From the NCBI RefSeq assembly GCF_013315695.1, contig NZ_CP054353.1: a DNA stretch of 64,000 nt, one strand, 5' to 3'. Below the pieces are notes generated by a model. The model did no database searches and was not told the origin of the DNA. It was given only the letters and a program-made list of their open reading frames with translations. The stretch is from Escherichia coli (GTDB lineage: Bacteria; Pseudomonadota; Gammaproteobacteria; Enterobacterales; Enterobacteriaceae). The number at the start of each line of letters is the position of its first letter. Position 1 is the stretch's first letter. The translations under genes and the position numbers were made by a program. Below are positions 42,851 through 54,200 of this stretch, piece after piece.

Positions 42851-43732
42851 TTAACGCGGTACATTCGCGGGATCGCAATAGTCCAGGAAGCGCCGTAGCG
42901 CGTTGGAAAGGTGTTTTTGCCGATGATGTATACGCCACAACGTACGCATCAGGCGCGGAAGAGGGACCGCAACTTCACTTAATGTGCCTGCCTGCAATTG
43001 ATCTTCAATCACCCGTCGCGACAGGCAACTAATACCCAACCCATGACGCACCGCATGTTTGATTGCCTCGGAGTTACCTAATTCCATCGCCATCTCAAAC
43101 TTCGGTAAATGTGACAGCAACAGATAATCGACAATCTCCCGCGTGCCGGAACCGCGTTCACGCAGGATCCACGGCGCAGCGGCCAGCTGTTCTAAGGTGA
43201 CCGGACCACGAGCCAATGGCGAAGTCGGCGCGGCGAAAACCACCAGCTCGTCTTCCAGCCACGGTTCAGAGATGATTTCAGTGCTGTGGCACGGTCCTTC
43301 AATAAAGCCAATATCAACGCGGAAGTCCAGCACCGCTTGCATCACGTCCTGGCTGTTCCCAACGCTAAGTTCAATCGGCAACTGCGGATAATCATGGCGA
43401 TAACGGGCGATAACTGCAGGCAGAATATAGTTACCGATGGTACTACTGGCATAGATACGAATCGCGCCGTTGTCTTCGCGAAACAGTTGTTCGATTTCAA
43501 CTGCCTGTTCAAGCAGTGCCAACGCTCGCGGATAGAGCAGCCGCCCGTGTTCATTAACAACCAGTCTTTTCCCCACGCGATCAAACAGTTGAACGCCAAG
43601 CTGCCCTTCCAGGTCGGTCAAGGCTGCGCTCACTGCTGATTGCGACAACGCCAGCATCACCGACGCCTGGGTGGTTGATCCACTTTTCAATACTTCTGCA
43701 AAAACTTCCAACTGCCGGAGGGTGATGTGCAT
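42851..43732 (-). CDS. yeiE: LysR-family regulator YeiE
   Basis: A 293-aa ORF with an N-terminal LysR HTH. Confidence 0.9.
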
Positions 43733-43830
43733 AGTCGCTTACCACTTATAAAGATTAATTATAAATATATAATCAATTTTATTTTTAAACCAGTTAGTCG
43801 TAACCTTATGCCCGGTTAAAGGAGAGGGTT

Positions 43831-44880
43831 ATGACGAATATCACCTTACAGAAACAACATCGTACACTGTGGCATTTTATTCCGGGGTTAGCCCTGAGTG
43901 CAGTTATCACCGGGGTCGCCCTGTGGGGTGGTTCCATTCCCGCGGTTGCGGGTGCCGGGTTTAGTGCCCTCACCCTCGCAATTTTGTTGGGGATGGTTTT
44001 AGGCAACACCATCTATCCGCACATCTGGAAAAGCTGTGACGGTGGTGTGCTGTTTGCCAAGCAATATTTATTACGTCTGGGTATCATTCTTTATGGCTTC
44101 CGTCTGACGTTCTCGCAAATTGCCGATGTCGGTATCAGTGGGATCATCATTGACGTGCTGACGCTGTCCAGTACCTTCCTGCTGGCTTGCTTCCTGGGGC
44201 AGAAAGTGTTTGGTCTGGATAAGCACACCAGCTGGTTGATCGGTGCCGGTAGCAGTATCTGTGGTGCTGCCGCGGTACTGGCGACTGAGCCGGTAGTGAA
44301 AGCAGAAGCCAGTAAAGTAACCGTGGCTGTTGCAACCGTTGTTATCTTCGGGACCGTCGCGATTTTCCTCTACCCGGCGATATATCCGCTGATGTCTCAA
44401 TGGTTTAGTCCGGAAACTTTCGGTATCTACATTGGTTCTACTGTGCACGAAGTGGCGCAGGTGGTGGCGGCAGGTCATGCCATCAGCCCGGATGCAGAAA
44501 ACGCAGCAGTTATTTCCAAAATGCTGCGCGTGATGATGCTGGCTCCGTTCCTCATCCTGCTGGCGGCGCGTGTTAAACAGCTGTCTGGGGCGAACAGCGG
44601 CGAGAAAAGCAAAATCACTATTCCGTGGTTTGCCATCTTGTTCATCGTAGTTGCCATCTTTAACTCGTTCCACCTGTTACCGCAGAGCGTAGTGAATATG
44701 CTGGTAACGCTGGATACCTTCCTGCTGGCAATGGCGATGGCGGCGCTGGGTCTGACCACTCACGTCAGCGCGCTGAAAAAAGCCGGGGCGAAACCTCTGC
44801 TGATGGCTCTGGTACTGTTTGCCTGGCTGATTGTTGGTGGTGGTGCGATTAACTATGTGATTCAAAGCGTCATCGCATAA
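43831..44880 (+). CDS. yeiH: UPF0324 inner-membrane protein YeiH
   Basis: A 349-aa polytopic protein, divergent from yeiE. Confidence 0.9.
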   Translation: MTNITLQKQHRTLWHFIPGLALSAVITGVALWGGSIPAVAGAGFSALTLAILLGMVLGNTIYPHIWKSCDGGVLFAKQYLLRLGIILYGFRLTFSQIADVGISGIIIDVLTLSSTFLLACFLGQKVFGLDKHTSWLIGAGSSICGAAAVLATEPVVKAEASKVTVAVATVVIFGTVAIFLYPAIYPLMSQWFSPETFGIYIGSTVHEVAQVVAAGHAISPDAENAAVISKMLRVMMLAPFLILLAARVKQLSGANSGEKSKITIPWFAILFIVVAIFNSFHLLPQSVVNMLVTLDTFLLAMAMAALGLTTHVSALKKAGAKPLLMALVLFAWLIVGGGAINYVIQSVIA

Positions 44881-44953
44881 ACCACTACATCTTGCTCCTG
44901 TTAACCCGCTATCATTACCGTTTTCCTCCAGCGGGTTTAACAGGAGTCCTCGC

Positions 44954-45811
44954 ATGAAATACATTGGAGCGCACGTTAGTGCTGCTGGCGGTCTGGCAAA
45001 TGCCGCAATTCGCGCCGCCGAAATCGACGCAACCGCGTTTGCCTTGTTCACCAAAAACCAACGTCAGTGGCGTGCCGCACCGCTCACGACGCAAACCATC
45101 GATGAATTCAAAGCCGCCTGTGAAAAATATCACTACACATCGGCGCAAATTCTTCCCCACGACAGTTATCTGATTAACCTCGGACATCCGGTCGCTGAAG
45201 CTCTGGAAAAATCGCGCGATGCGTTTATCGATGAAATGCAGCGTTGCGAACAGCTGGGGCTTTCTTTGCTCAACTTCCACCCTGGCAGCCATCTGATGCA
45301 GATTTCAGAAGAGGATTGCCTTGCGCGTATTGCCGAATCCATCAACATTGCGCTGGATAAAACTCATGGTGTGACAGCGGTGATTGAAAACACCGCCGGT
45401 CAGGGCAGTAACTTAGGGTTTAAATTCGAACATCTCGCGGCGATTATCGACGGCGTGGAAGATAAATCCCGCGTCGGCGTCTGCATTGATACCTGCCATG
45501 CTTTCGCTGCCGGGTATGATTTGCGTACTTCTGCCGAATGCGAGAAAACGTTCGCGGATTTTGCCCGTATTGTCGGCTTTAAGTATCTGCGCGGGATGCA
45601 CCTTAACGATGCGAAAAGCACCTTTGGCAGCCGCGTTGACCGCCATCATAGCCTCGGTGAAGGCAATATCGGTCATGATGCGTTCCGCTGGATCATGCAG
45701 GACGACCGTTTCGACGGCATTCCGCTGATCCTTGAAACCATCAACCCGGATATCTGGGCAGAAGAGATCGCCTGGCTGAAAGCGCAACAAACTGAAAAAG
45801 CGGTAGCCTGA
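44954..45811 (+). CDS. nfo: Endonuclease IV
   Basis: A 285-aa protein starting [17 protein letters not shown]. Confidence 0.95.
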   Translation: MKYIGAHVSAAGGLANAAIRAAEIDATAFALFTKNQRQWRAAPLTTQTIDEFKAACEKYHYTSAQILPHDSYLINLGHPVAEALEKSRDAFIDEMQRCEQLGLSLLNFHPGSHLMQISEEDCLARIAESINIALDKTHGVTAVIENTAGQGSNLGFKFEHLAAIIDGVEDKSRVGVCIDTCHAFAAGYDLRTSAECEKTFADFARIVGFKYLRGMHLNDAKSTFGSRVDRHHSLGEGNIGHDAFRWIMQDDRFDGIPLILETINPDIWAEEIAWLKAQQTEKAVA

Positions 45812-45813
45812 AG

Positions 45814-46902
45814 ATGAATAACCGGGAGAAGGAGATCCTTGCAATATTAAGGCGTAACCCGCTGATTCAGCAGAACGAAATTGCGGATATGCTGCAAATC
45901 AGCCGTTCGCGTGTTGCAGCGCATATTATGGATTTAATGCGCAAAGGACGGATTAAAGGCAAAGGTTACATTCTCACCGAGCAGGAATACTGCGTAGTGG
46001 TGGGGACAATCAATATGGATATTCGCGGGATGGCGGATATCCGTTACCCGCAAGCGGCTTCTCATCCCGGTACCATTCATTGCTCGGCAGGCGGCGTTGG
46101 ACGCAATATCGCCCACAATCTGGCGCTGTTAGGCCGCGACGTTCATTTGCTTTCAGTGATTGGCGATGACTTTTATGGCGAAATGCTCCTGGAAGAAACG
46201 CGCCGCGCCGGCGTGAATGTCTCCGGCTGCGTTCGTTTACATGGTCAAAGCACATCGACGTATCTGGCAATTGCCAATCGAGACGATCAAACCGTGCTGG
46301 CGATTAACGATACCCATCTGCTGGATCAGTTGACACCGCAACTACTGAACGGGTCGCGCGATTTACTTCGTCATGCGGGCGTGGTACTGGCTGATTGCAA
46401 CCTGACAGCCGAGGCGCTGGAGTGGGTCTTTACCCTCGCTGATGAAATCCCGGTGTTTGTCGATACCGTTTCAGAATTCAAAGCGGGCAAAATCAAACAC
46501 TGGCTGGCGCATATTCACACCCTGAAACCCACTTTACCGGAGCTGGAAATTTTATGGGGACAGGCGATCACCAGCGATGCTGACCGTAATGCCGCAGTGA
46601 ATGCATTACATCAGCAAGGTGTTCAGCAACTGTTTGTTTATTTGCCCGATGAGTCAGTTTATTGCAGCGAAAAGGATGGAGCACAATTTTTGCTGACCGC
46701 ACCAGCGCATACGACAGTAGACAGTTTTGGTGCTGACGATGGTTTTATGGCGGGTCTGGTATATAGCTTTCTGGAGGGAAACAATTTCCGTGACAGCGCC
46801 CGTTTTGCGATGGCCTGCGCGGCAATTTCACGCGCCAGCGGCAGCTTAAACAACCCTACCCTGTCTGCCGATAACGCGCTTTCATTAGTGCCAATGGTGT
46901 AA
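45814..46902 (+). CDS. yeiI: HTH plus PfkB-family sugar kinase YeiI
   Basis: A 362-aa ORF with an N-terminal winged HTH and a C-terminal ribokinase-like domain. Confidence 0.85.
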   Translation: MNNREKEILAILRRNPLIQQNEIADMLQISRSRVAAHIMDLMRKGRIKGKGYILTEQEYCVVVGTINMDIRGMADIRYPQAASHPGTIHCSAGGVGRNIAHNLALLGRDVHLLSVIGDDFYGEMLLEETRRAGVNVSGCVRLHGQSTSTYLAIANRDDQTVLAINDTHLLDQLTPQLLNGSRDLLRHAGVVLADCNLTAEALEWVFTLADEIPVFVDTVSEFKAGKIKHWLAHIHTLKPTLPELEILWGQAITSDADRNAAVNALHQQGVQQLFVYLPDESVYCSEKDGAQFLLTAPAHTTVDSFGADDGFMAGLVYSFLEGNNFRDSARFAMACAAISRASGSLNNPTLSADNALSLVPMV

Positions 46903-46908
46903 CAATGT

Positions 46909-46945
46909 TGCCGGATTCGACGCTTGACCGCGTCTTATCCGGCTC
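46909..46945. repeat. REP element
   Basis: TGCCGGATTCGACGCTTGACCGCGTCTTATCCGGC. Confidence 0.6.
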
Positions 46946-46957
46946 ATAACTCGCGCA

Positions 46958-48208
46958 CTACGCTAAGCCAATAAAGAACCCGGCAATGGTAGCGCTCATC
47001 AGGTTAGAAAGTGTCGCCGCCGCCAGCGCGCGTAAACCAAGCTGGGCGATTTCCGGCGCGCGGTGTGGCGCAACCGCAGAAAATGCCCCAACCACTACCC
47101 CGATAGAACCAAAGTTAGCGAAACCGCACAACGCGAAGGAAATAATCGCCACGGTTTTAGCATCCAGAGTGCCAGCTGTTTGCAGATAAGGTGAGAAATT
47201 GAGGTAAGCGACAAATTCATTAATCGCCAGTTTCTGTCCAATCAAACTCCCGGCAAGATTCGCATCACTCCAGTCAACCCCCATCACCCACGCCAGTGGA
47301 GCCAACAGGTAACCTAAAATGGACTCCAGCGAGGCATGTTCAAAACCAAACCAGCCGCCAACGCCGCCGATAATACCGTTAATCAACGCAATTATTGCAA
47401 CAAATGCCATCACCACTGTCGCTACACCGGCGGCGATTTTCAGCCCGGTCATTGCCCCTGTCGCAGCGGCTTCAATAATGCTTTTTGGCGGTGTTTCGGT
47501 GAAAGAGAGGTTATTAAAAGAAACCTGCGAAGATTCCGTAGCCGGGCTTAACAGGCGGGCAAACAAGATCCCGCCTGGGATCGCCATTAACGATGCCGCC
47601 AGCAAATATTCCACAGGTACGCCCAGTGCGGCGTAACCAATCATTGTCGAACCAGCAATCGAGGCCATGCCACTACAAATCGCTGTAAATAATTCATTGC
47701 GATTCAGCCGATCGATAAAGGGTTTGACGATTGCCGGAATTTCGTTTTGCCCGAGGAAAATGGTAGTGACCGCGACGAATGACTCGATCTTGCTGATATT
47801 TAATGCTTTCTGGAAGATACCGCCGAGAATGCGAATTAAGATCCCCATCACACCGATGTAGTAGAGAATACTCACCAGCGCGGTGACGAAGATAATTGCC
47901 GGTAATACTCTGAAACCAAAGATAAATCCTGCACCATCAAACAGCGTGTCCATTTTCGGCCCGACCAGCGAACCGAAGATAAATGCGCTACCCGCGTCGC
48001 TGTACGCCATCACTTTATGCACGCCAAAAGCGACTTTTTCTGCGACCCAACGCCCTGGCGGTAACCAAAGCATAATCCCGCCAATCACGACCTGTAACAC
48101 TAACGCCGCGCCAACGGTACGCAGGCTTATCTTCTTCTTGTTTACTGACAGTAAAAACGCAATTGCCAGCAGTACCACCATTCCCAGAACACTTCTCATG
48201 ACATCCAT
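46958..48208 (-). CDS. nupX: NupC-family (CNT) nucleoside transporter NupX
   Basis: A 416-aa ORF, highly similar along its whole length to the ORF at 50922-52172. Confidence 0.9.
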   Translation of the reverse strand: MDVMRSVLGMVVLLAIAFLLSVNKKKISLRTVGAALVLQVVIGGIMLWLPPGRWVAEKVAFGVHKVMAYSDAGSAFIFGSLVGPKMDTLFDGAGFIFGFRVLPAIIFVTALVSILYYIGVMGILIRILGGIFQKALNISKIESFVAVTTIFLGQNEIPAIVKPFIDRLNRNELFTAICSGMASIAGSTMIGYAALGVPVEYLLAASLMAIPGGILFARLLSPATESSQVSFNNLSFTETPPKSIIEAAATGAMTGLKIAAGVATVVMAFVAIIALINGIIGGVGGWFGFEHASLESILGYLLAPLAWVMGVDWSDANLAGSLIGQKLAINEFVAYLNFSPYLQTAGTLDAKTVAIISFALCGFANFGSIGVVVGAFSAVAPHRAPEIAQLGLRALAAATLSNLMSATIAGFFIGLA

Positions 48209-48307
48209 AGTGATTATCTCTTCATGTCATTTTGGGCGACGGCTTTCTGCCCATCAGAAATAGCCGGGCCTGCATCTTGCGATACTGTCCCGGCTTGTTA
48301 TCAACAC

Positions 48308-49249
48308 TTAATGGGTTTTGATGTAGCCGCGCACGCACTCTTCGACTAAGCCCCAGAACCAGTCGGTATCAATAGTGATGCCGACTTTGGTATTAGCGGG
48401 CTTGCCAAGAACGCCCAGTTCGTCGCAGACGGTACGCCCGTAGCAAGGGCCGCTGTTGACGTCCACTTCGACGTACATCTCCTGGGTTTTAATGCCATCA
48501 GGGTTGATCAGATAACCAATGCAGGTGGCGTCGTGCACCGGGCCGCCAGCCAGGCCGTAGTTTTCGAACTGGGTTTTGAGAGTGAAGTTCATGATGTCGC
48601 TGAACAGCTCTCCGGCAGGGCCGCCTGCCCTTTCCATCCGAGCAATTACGTCCGGGGTGCAAACGGTCTGGTTGGTAAGATCGAGGCCCATCATCACTAA
48701 TGGAACGCCGGAGGTGAACACCACGCGTGCGGCTTCCGGGTCAGCAAAGATGTTGAACTCGGCAGATGGGGTGAAGTTGCCTGTACCGTAAGCGCCGCCC
48801 ATTAGCACAATTTCACGGATTTTGGGCAGGATCGCGGGTTGCATACGCATTGCCACCGCGATATTTGAAAGCGGACCAACCGGCACCAGAGTGATATCGC
48901 CATCGCTTGCCATCAGGGTATCAATGATATATTTCACCGCATGAGTGCTTTCTGCCTGGCGGGTCAGCGGCTCGAATACCGGGCCATCCAGTCCGGTTTC
49001 ACCGTGAATATTATCGGCAACGATTTGTTGCCGCATAATGGGTTGTGGCATCCCCGCATAAACCGGAACATTAATCTCCAGTTTCTGGCAAACATTCAGG
49101 CCATTAATTAATGTTTTATCGAGGGTTTGATTACCCGCTACAATGGTGATACCTAATAAATCAATCGCCGGATGTTTCGCTGCCATCATCATTGCAATAG
49201 CATCATCATGACCCGGATCACAATCCAGAATAATTTTTCTCTTTTCCAT
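48308..49249 (-). CDS. rihB: Pyrimidine-specific ribonucleoside hydrolase RihB
   Basis: A 313-aa ORF with the N-terminal DCDPGHDDA nucleoside-hydrolase motif. Confidence 0.95.
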   Translation of the reverse strand: MEKRKIILDCDPGHDDAIAMMMAAKHPAIDLLGITIVAGNQTLDKTLINGLNVCQKLEINVPVYAGMPQPIMRQQIVADNIHGETGLDGPVFEPLTRQAESTHAVKYIIDTLMASDGDITLVPVGPLSNIAVAMRMQPAILPKIREIVLMGGAYGTGNFTPSAEFNIFADPEAARVVFTSGVPLVMMGLDLTNQTVCTPDVIARMERAGGPAGELFSDIMNFTLKTQFENYGLAGGPVHDATCIGYLINPDGIKTQEMYVEVDVNSGPCYGRTVCDELGVLGKPANTKVGITIDTDWFWGLVEECVRGYIKTH

Positions 49250-49262
49250 TGTTTATTTCCTC

Positions 49263-49271
49263 TGTTTCCAG
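49263..49271. repeat. IS1 target-site duplication, left copy (TGTTTCCAG)
   Basis: An identical 9-mer lies at 50040-50048, directly abutting both IS1 ends. Confidence 0.9.
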
Positions 49272-49326
49272 GGTGATGCTGCCAACTTACTGATTTAGTG
49301 TATGATGGTGTTTTTGAGGTGCTCCA

Positions 49327-49602
49327 GTGGCTTCTGTTTCTATCAGCTGTCCCTCCTGTTCAGCTACTGACGGGGTGGTGCGTAACGGCAAAAGCACCGC
49401 CGGACATCAGCGCTATCTCTGCTCTCACTGCCGTAAAACATGGCAACTGCAGTTCACTTACACCGCTTCTCAACCCGGTACGCACCAGAAAATCATTGAT
49501 ATGGCCATGAATGGCGTTGGATGCCGGGCAACAGCCCGCATTATGGGCGTTGGCCTCAACACGATTTTACGTCACTTAAAAAACTCAGGCCGCAGTCGGT
49601 AA
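49327..49602 (+). CDS. insA: IS1 InsA
   Basis: A 91-aa protein starting [32 protein letters not shown]. Confidence 0.95.
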
Positions 49603-50024
49603 CCTCGCGCATACAGCCGGGCAGTGACGTCATCGTCTGCGCGGAAATGGACGAACAGTGGGGCTATGTCGGGGCTAAATCGCGCCAGCGCTGGCTGTTT
49701 TACGCGTATGACAGGCTCCGGAAGACGGTTGTTGCGCACGTATTCGGTGAACGCACTATGGCGACGCTGGGGCGTCTTATGAGCCTGCTGTCACCCTTTG
49801 ACGTGGTGATATGGATGACGGATGGCTGGCCGCTGTATGAATCCCGCCTGAAGGGAAAGCTGCACGTAATCAGCAAGCGATATACGCAGCGAATTGAGCG
49901 GCATAACCTGAATCTGAGGCAGCACCTGGCACGGCTGGGACGGAAGTCGCTGTCGTTCTCAAAATCGGTGGAGCTGCATGACAAAGTCATCGGGCATTAT
50001 CTGAACATAAAACACTATCAATAA
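49521..50024 (+). CDS. insB: IS1 InsB reading frame (expressed as InsAB' by -1 frameshift)
   Basis: A 167-codon frame overlapping the insA 3' end, with the slippery run TTAAAAAAC. Confidence 0.9.
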
Positions 50025-50039
50025 GTTGGAGTCATTACC

Positions 50040-50048
50040 TGTTTCCAG
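50040..50048. repeat. IS1 target-site duplication, right copy (TGTTTCCAG)
   Basis: See the left copy at 49263-49271. Confidence 0.9.
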
Positions 50049-50194
50049 TTGCGTTATTTTTTCTACAGCAAAGAAAATTCGACCGGGCCGATGATTGAAT
50101 CTTAACAACAGCGTACGTATGCTAAATATGAGAAATCTCATAGCGGATAAACATCGTGAAAGAAATCCACAATAATGATCTTAAGCAGCAATTG

Positions 50195-50854
50195 ATGAGT
50201 GAATCCGCGTTTAAGGATTGCTTTTCAACGGATGTTTCAGCCGATACGCGGCTGTTTCATTTTTTAGCACGTGACTACATTGTGCAGGAAGGGCAACAGC
50301 CGTCATGGCTGTTTTACCTGACGCGAGGCCGCGCCAGGCTTTACGCCACGCTAGCTAATGGTCGCGTGTCGCTGATCGATTTCTTTGCCGCCCCCTGTTT
50401 TATTGGTGAGATTGAGTTAATCGATAAAGACCATGAACCGCGTGCGGTGCAGGCTATTGAAGAGTGTTGGTGCCTTGCGCTCCCTATGAAACATTACCGC
50501 CCGCTGTTATTAAACGACACGCTATTTTTACGAAAACTCTGCGTTACTTTAAGCCATAAAAATTATCGCAATATTGTTTCTTTAACTCAGAATCAATCAT
50601 TTCCGTTAGTGAATCGCCTGGCAGCATTTATATTACTCTCACAAGAAGGTGATCTTTATCACGAAAAGCATACGCAAGCGGCAGAGTATTTAGGCGTTTC
50701 TTATCGACATCTTTTATATGTTCTCGCGCAATTCATTCACGACGGTTTATTAATTAAAAGCAAGAAAGGATATCTAATTAAAAACAGAAAGCAGTTGTCA
50801 GGACTGGCGCTGGAGATGGACCCGGAGAATAAATTCTCCGGGATGATGCAGTAA
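50195..50854 (+). CDS. yeiL: Crp/Fnr-family regulator YeiL
   Basis: 219 aa from [10 protein letters not shown], with a cNMP-binding-like fold and a C-terminal HTH. Confidence 0.85.
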   Translation: MSESAFKDCFSTDVSADTRLFHFLARDYIVQEGQQPSWLFYLTRGRARLYATLANGRVSLIDFFAAPCFIGEIELIDKDHEPRAVQAIEECWCLALPMKHYRPLLLNDTLFLRKLCVTLSHKNYRNIVSLTQNQSFPLVNRLAAFILLSQEGDLYHEKHTQAAEYLGVSYRHLLYVLAQFIHDGLLIKSKKGYLIKNRKQLSGLALEMDPENKFSGMMQ

Positions 50855-50876
50855 AAAATAATCTGCAATAGCGCGA

Positions 50877-50914
50877 TTGCCGGATGCAACGCTTAATAAG
50901 GCGTACATCCGGCA
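50877..50914. repeat. REP element
   Basis: TTGCCGGATGCAACGCTTAATAAGGCGTACATCCGGCAA. Confidence 0.6.
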
Positions 50915-50921
50915 ATGAAAC

Positions 50922-52172
50922 TCAAGCTAAACCAATAAAGAACCCGGCAATGGTCGCGCTCATCAGGTTGGAAAGCGTTGCTGCTGCCAGCGCCCGTAAA
51001 CCAAGCTGAGCGATTTCCGGTGCGCGTTTTGGCGAAATAGCCGAAAATGCCCCAACGACAACACCGATAGAACCAAAGTTAGCAAAACCACAAAGCGCAA
51101 AGGAGATAATCGCCACGGTTTTCACTTCCAGCGTGCCGCTCGTTTGCAGGTATGGGGAGAAACTCAGGTAAGCGACGAATTCGTTAATCGCCAGTTTCTG
51201 CCCAATCAGGCTACCCGCAAGGTTGGCATCACTCCAGTCCACACCCATGATCCACGCCAGTGGTGCCAACACATAGCCAAAAATACTTTCCAGAGAGGCA
51301 TTGGCGAAACCAAACCAGCCGCCAATTCCGCCGATAATGCCGTTGATCAGCGCAATAATTGCGACAAACGCCATTACTACCGTCGCTACACCAGCGGCGA
51401 TTTTCAGCCCGGTCATCGCACCGCTCGCCGCTGCTTCGATAAAGCTTTTTGGCGGCGTTTCGCTGAACGACAGATTTTCAAATGTGACCTGCGAAGGCTC
51501 GGTTGCCGGGCTAAGAATACGTGCAAACAAAATACCACCAGGGATCGCCATCAGCGATGCCGCTAACAGGTAGTCAATTGGTACGCCCATTCCGGCATAA
51601 CCAATCATCATCGAACCAGCAATGGACGCCATCCCGCTACAAATAGCCGTAAACAACTCGTTGCGATTCATGCGATCGATAAACGGTTTAACGATCGCCG
51701 GGATCTCATTTTGCCCGAGGAAAATAGTGGTAACCGCAACAAAAGATTCGATTTTGCTGATGTTGAGGGCTTTCTGGAAAATGCTGCCAAGGATGCGAAT
51801 CAGCAGCCCCATCACGCCAATGTAGTACAGCAGACTAATGAGCGCAGTGACGAAGATAATCGCCGGGAGTACGCGAAAGGCGAAGATAAAACCCGCACCG
51901 TCAAAGAGGACATCCATTTTCGGCCCAACCAGCGAACCAAAAATGAAGGCGCTACCGGCATCACTGTAAGACATCACTTTATGAACGCCTAATGCCGCCT
52001 GTTCTACCGCCCATTTTCCTGGTGGAAAATAGAGCATGATTCCGCCAATGGCGATTTGTAGCAGCAACGCGGCTCCAACCGTGCGCAAACTGATGCTCTT
52101 TTTATTCACTGACAACAAAAATGCTATTGCCAGTAACACCACCATCCCCACAACACTTCTCATTATATCCAT
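50922..52172 (-). CDS. psuT: NupC-family transporter PsuT (YeiM), putative pseudouridine transporter
   Basis: A 416-aa paralogue of nupX. Confidence 0.9.
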   Translation of the reverse strand: MDIMRSVVGMVVLLAIAFLLSVNKKSISLRTVGAALLLQIAIGGIMLYFPPGKWAVEQAALGVHKVMSYSDAGSAFIFGSLVGPKMDVLFDGAGFIFAFRVLPAIIFVTALISLLYYIGVMGLLIRILGSIFQKALNISKIESFVAVTTIFLGQNEIPAIVKPFIDRMNRNELFTAICSGMASIAGSMMIGYAGMGVPIDYLLAASLMAIPGGILFARILSPATEPSQVTFENLSFSETPPKSFIEAAASGAMTGLKIAAGVATVVMAFVAIIALINGIIGGIGGWFGFANASLESIFGYVLAPLAWIMGVDWSDANLAGSLIGQKLAINEFVAYLSFSPYLQTSGTLEVKTVAIISFALCGFANFGSIGVVVGAFSAISPKRAPEIAQLGLRALAAATLSNLMSATIAGFFIGLA

Positions 52173-52265
52173 AATGATTTTCCCTTCATGCCAGTAAACC
52201 CGGCGTCAGCGCCAGGTTTTGGTATGTATGATCAGTACGGGCGACGGCTTTCTGCCCGTCAGAAA

Positions 52266-53204
52266 TTAACCCGCGAGACGCTGGTATTCTTTGGCAATTT
52301 CGCTCGCCAGAATGGCGTTGTTGAACACCAGTTGGATGTTGGATTTCAGGCTGTCACCGCCAGTCAGTTCAGCAACACGCGCCAGCAGGAACGGTGTACT
52401 TTCTTTACCAATAACGCCCTGCTCTTCGGCTTCGGCGACGGCTTGATCTATGGCTGCATTGATAGATTCCTCCGGCATCGCAAACTGCTCCGGGATCGGA
52501 TTCGCCACTACCAGGCCGCCGTTCAAACCGGTTTGCCATTTCACTGCCATTGCACGAGCGATTTCCGTGGCACTATCAAGGCGAATGCTGACGTCAAACG
52601 GGCTGGTACGGCAGAAAAACGCAGGCAGCGCTTTTGTCTGATAGCCAATTAACGGCACACCGAAGGTTTCTAAATATTCTGTTGTTAATCCTAAATCGAG
52701 AATAGATTTTGCACCGGCACAAACAACGGTGACATTAGTATTTGCCAGTTCTTGCAAATCGGCAGAAATATCGAAGGTATGTTCCGCCCCGCGATGCACA
52801 CCACCAATTCCCCCGGTGGCAAATACTTTAATTCCGGCAAGCGCCGCAATAATCATCGTTGAAGCCACAGTGGTTGCGCCATTTTTTCCGGCGGCAACGA
52901 CAAAAGGTAAATCGCGACGACTAACTTTGGTCACGTTATGCCCTTCGCGACCCAGCAATTCAATTTCTTCTTTGCTTAAACCCACTTTCATCACGCCGCC
53001 AATAATGGCGATAGTGGCAGGTACAGCGCCCTGTTCACGAATAGTTTCTTCAACTTCAATTGCGGTCTGGGCATTTTGTGGGAACGGCATCCCGTGAGAA
53101 ATAATGGTCGATTCCAGCGCCACAACCGGTTTTTTGTTTTTTAAAGCGTCCTGCACTTCCGGGGAAATTTGTAATAATTCAGGGGAAATTTTTAATTCAG
53201 ACAT
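52266..53204 (-). CDS. psuG: Pseudouridine-5'-phosphate glycosidase
   Basis: A 312-aa IndA-family protein starting MSELKISPELLQISPEV. Confidence 0.9.
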   Translation of the reverse strand: MSELKISPELLQISPEVQDALKNKKPVVALESTIISHGMPFPQNAQTAIEVEETIREQGAVPATIAIIGGVMKVGLSKEEIELLGREGHNVTKVSRRDLPFVVAAGKNGATTVASTMIIAALAGIKVFATGGIGGVHRGAEHTFDISADLQELANTNVTVVCAGAKSILDLGLTTEYLETFGVPLIGYQTKALPAFFCRTSPFDVSIRLDSATEIARAMAVKWQTGLNGGLVVANPIPEQFAMPEESINAAIDQAVAEAEEQGVIGKESTPFLLARVAELTGGDSLKSNIQLVFNNAILASEIAKEYQRLAG

Positions 53205-54133
53205 TCTGCGTTCTCCACTAACGATATAACGTTGGCAATCGATAAATCGGGGTTATTGGTGTATTCACAGGAGAGCGCCATTGACGAACATCCCTGTGCG
53301 AAACGAACAGATTCGGCAAACGGCATTCCGTCTACCCAACACGAAGCAAGTCCCGCCATCATGGCATCGCCCGCTCCGGTAACATTAATAACATTGGTTT
53401 TGATCGGCGCAGACCAGCCACTTTCACCGCTGATATCGCTGTAATAAACGCCATCGCCGCCCATGCTCAATACCAGTCGGTTCAGCCCATGTTGATGGAA
53501 CCAGGCAGCAACTTTTGCCACATCTTCACGCCCTGACAGCGCAATCCCACTCAGGGTTTCCGCTTCAAGGCGGTTTGGCTTGAGAGTGTGGATTTGATTT
53601 AGACGGTCGCGCACTTTGACACATTTCCACGCTGAAACAGGATCGACAAATACGGGTACGTTGGCGGCATTATCCAGAATCCATGCCAGTGCCTCTTCAC
53701 TGATATTACAGTCCGCGACAATGACCTTTGCCCTCTGAATAAATTCACGGTGCTGTGCGAGATATTCAGCTGTAATAGCGTTGCTAATATTCATGTCATT
53801 TATAGCAACCAGCATTTCACCGGTATTATCGAGTAATGATAAATAGCTCGACGTATTTTCTCCCGGCACAATCAGGCATTTATCGACATAAACGCCAGAT
53901 TGATTGGTTTGCGTTAGCAGCGATTGGCCATAAAAATCACTGCCTACGGCGCTCAGTAGCCAGGCTCTATTACCCAGCAACGCCAGGTTTTGTGCAATAT
54001 TGCGCCCTACCCCACCAGGCGTAAATTTTATTTTACCTGGATTTGAATCCGCATAATTTAATGATTCATGTGAATATCCGGCGACATCAATATTCGCCGA
54101 GCCTATAATTACGACATAATCCTTTTCGCGCAT
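53192..54133 (-). CDS. psuK: Pseudouridine kinase (PfkB family)
   Basis: A 313-aa ORF with the motif TGAGDAM that overlaps psuG. Confidence 0.9.
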   Translation of the reverse strand: MREKDYVVIIGSANIDVAGYSHESLNYADSNPGKIKFTPGGVGRNIAQNLALLGNRAWLLSAVGSDFYGQSLLTQTNQSGVYVDKCLIVPGENTSSYLSLLDNTGEMLVAINDMNISNAITAEYLAQHREFIQRAKVIVADCNISEEALAWILDNAANVPVFVDPVSAWKCVKVRDRLNQIHTLKPNRLEAETLSGIALSGREDVAKVAAWFHQHGLNRLVLSMGGDGVYYSDISGESGWSAPIKTNVINVTGAGDAMMAGLASCWVDGMPFAESVRFAQGCSSMALSCEYTNNPDLSIANVISLVENAECLN

Positions 54134-54200
54134 AGCACGTCCTCTGGTAAAAAATTACCAACCCTGTCAATCCACAAGAATATAGATACTGCAAAGACGG

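Larger units (their letters stand above)
49272..50039 (+). mobile_element. IS1 (768 bp, complete)
   Basis: It starts GGTGATGCTGCCAACTTACTGAT and ends AAGTTGGAGTCATTACC, the IS1 terminal inverted repeats. It has the insA/insB organisation with the A6C frameshift motif at 49578-49584. Confidence 0.95.

Noticed and set aside
46958-52172. nupX and psuT as a recent segmental duplication or as ends of a composite transposon bracketing the IS1
   Set aside because: The two 416-aa proteins differ at many positions along their whole length (an old paralogy known from K-12). The intervening genes (rihB, yeiL) are the normal K-12 neighbours, and the IS1 has its own perfect 9-bp TSD, which indicates simple insertion.
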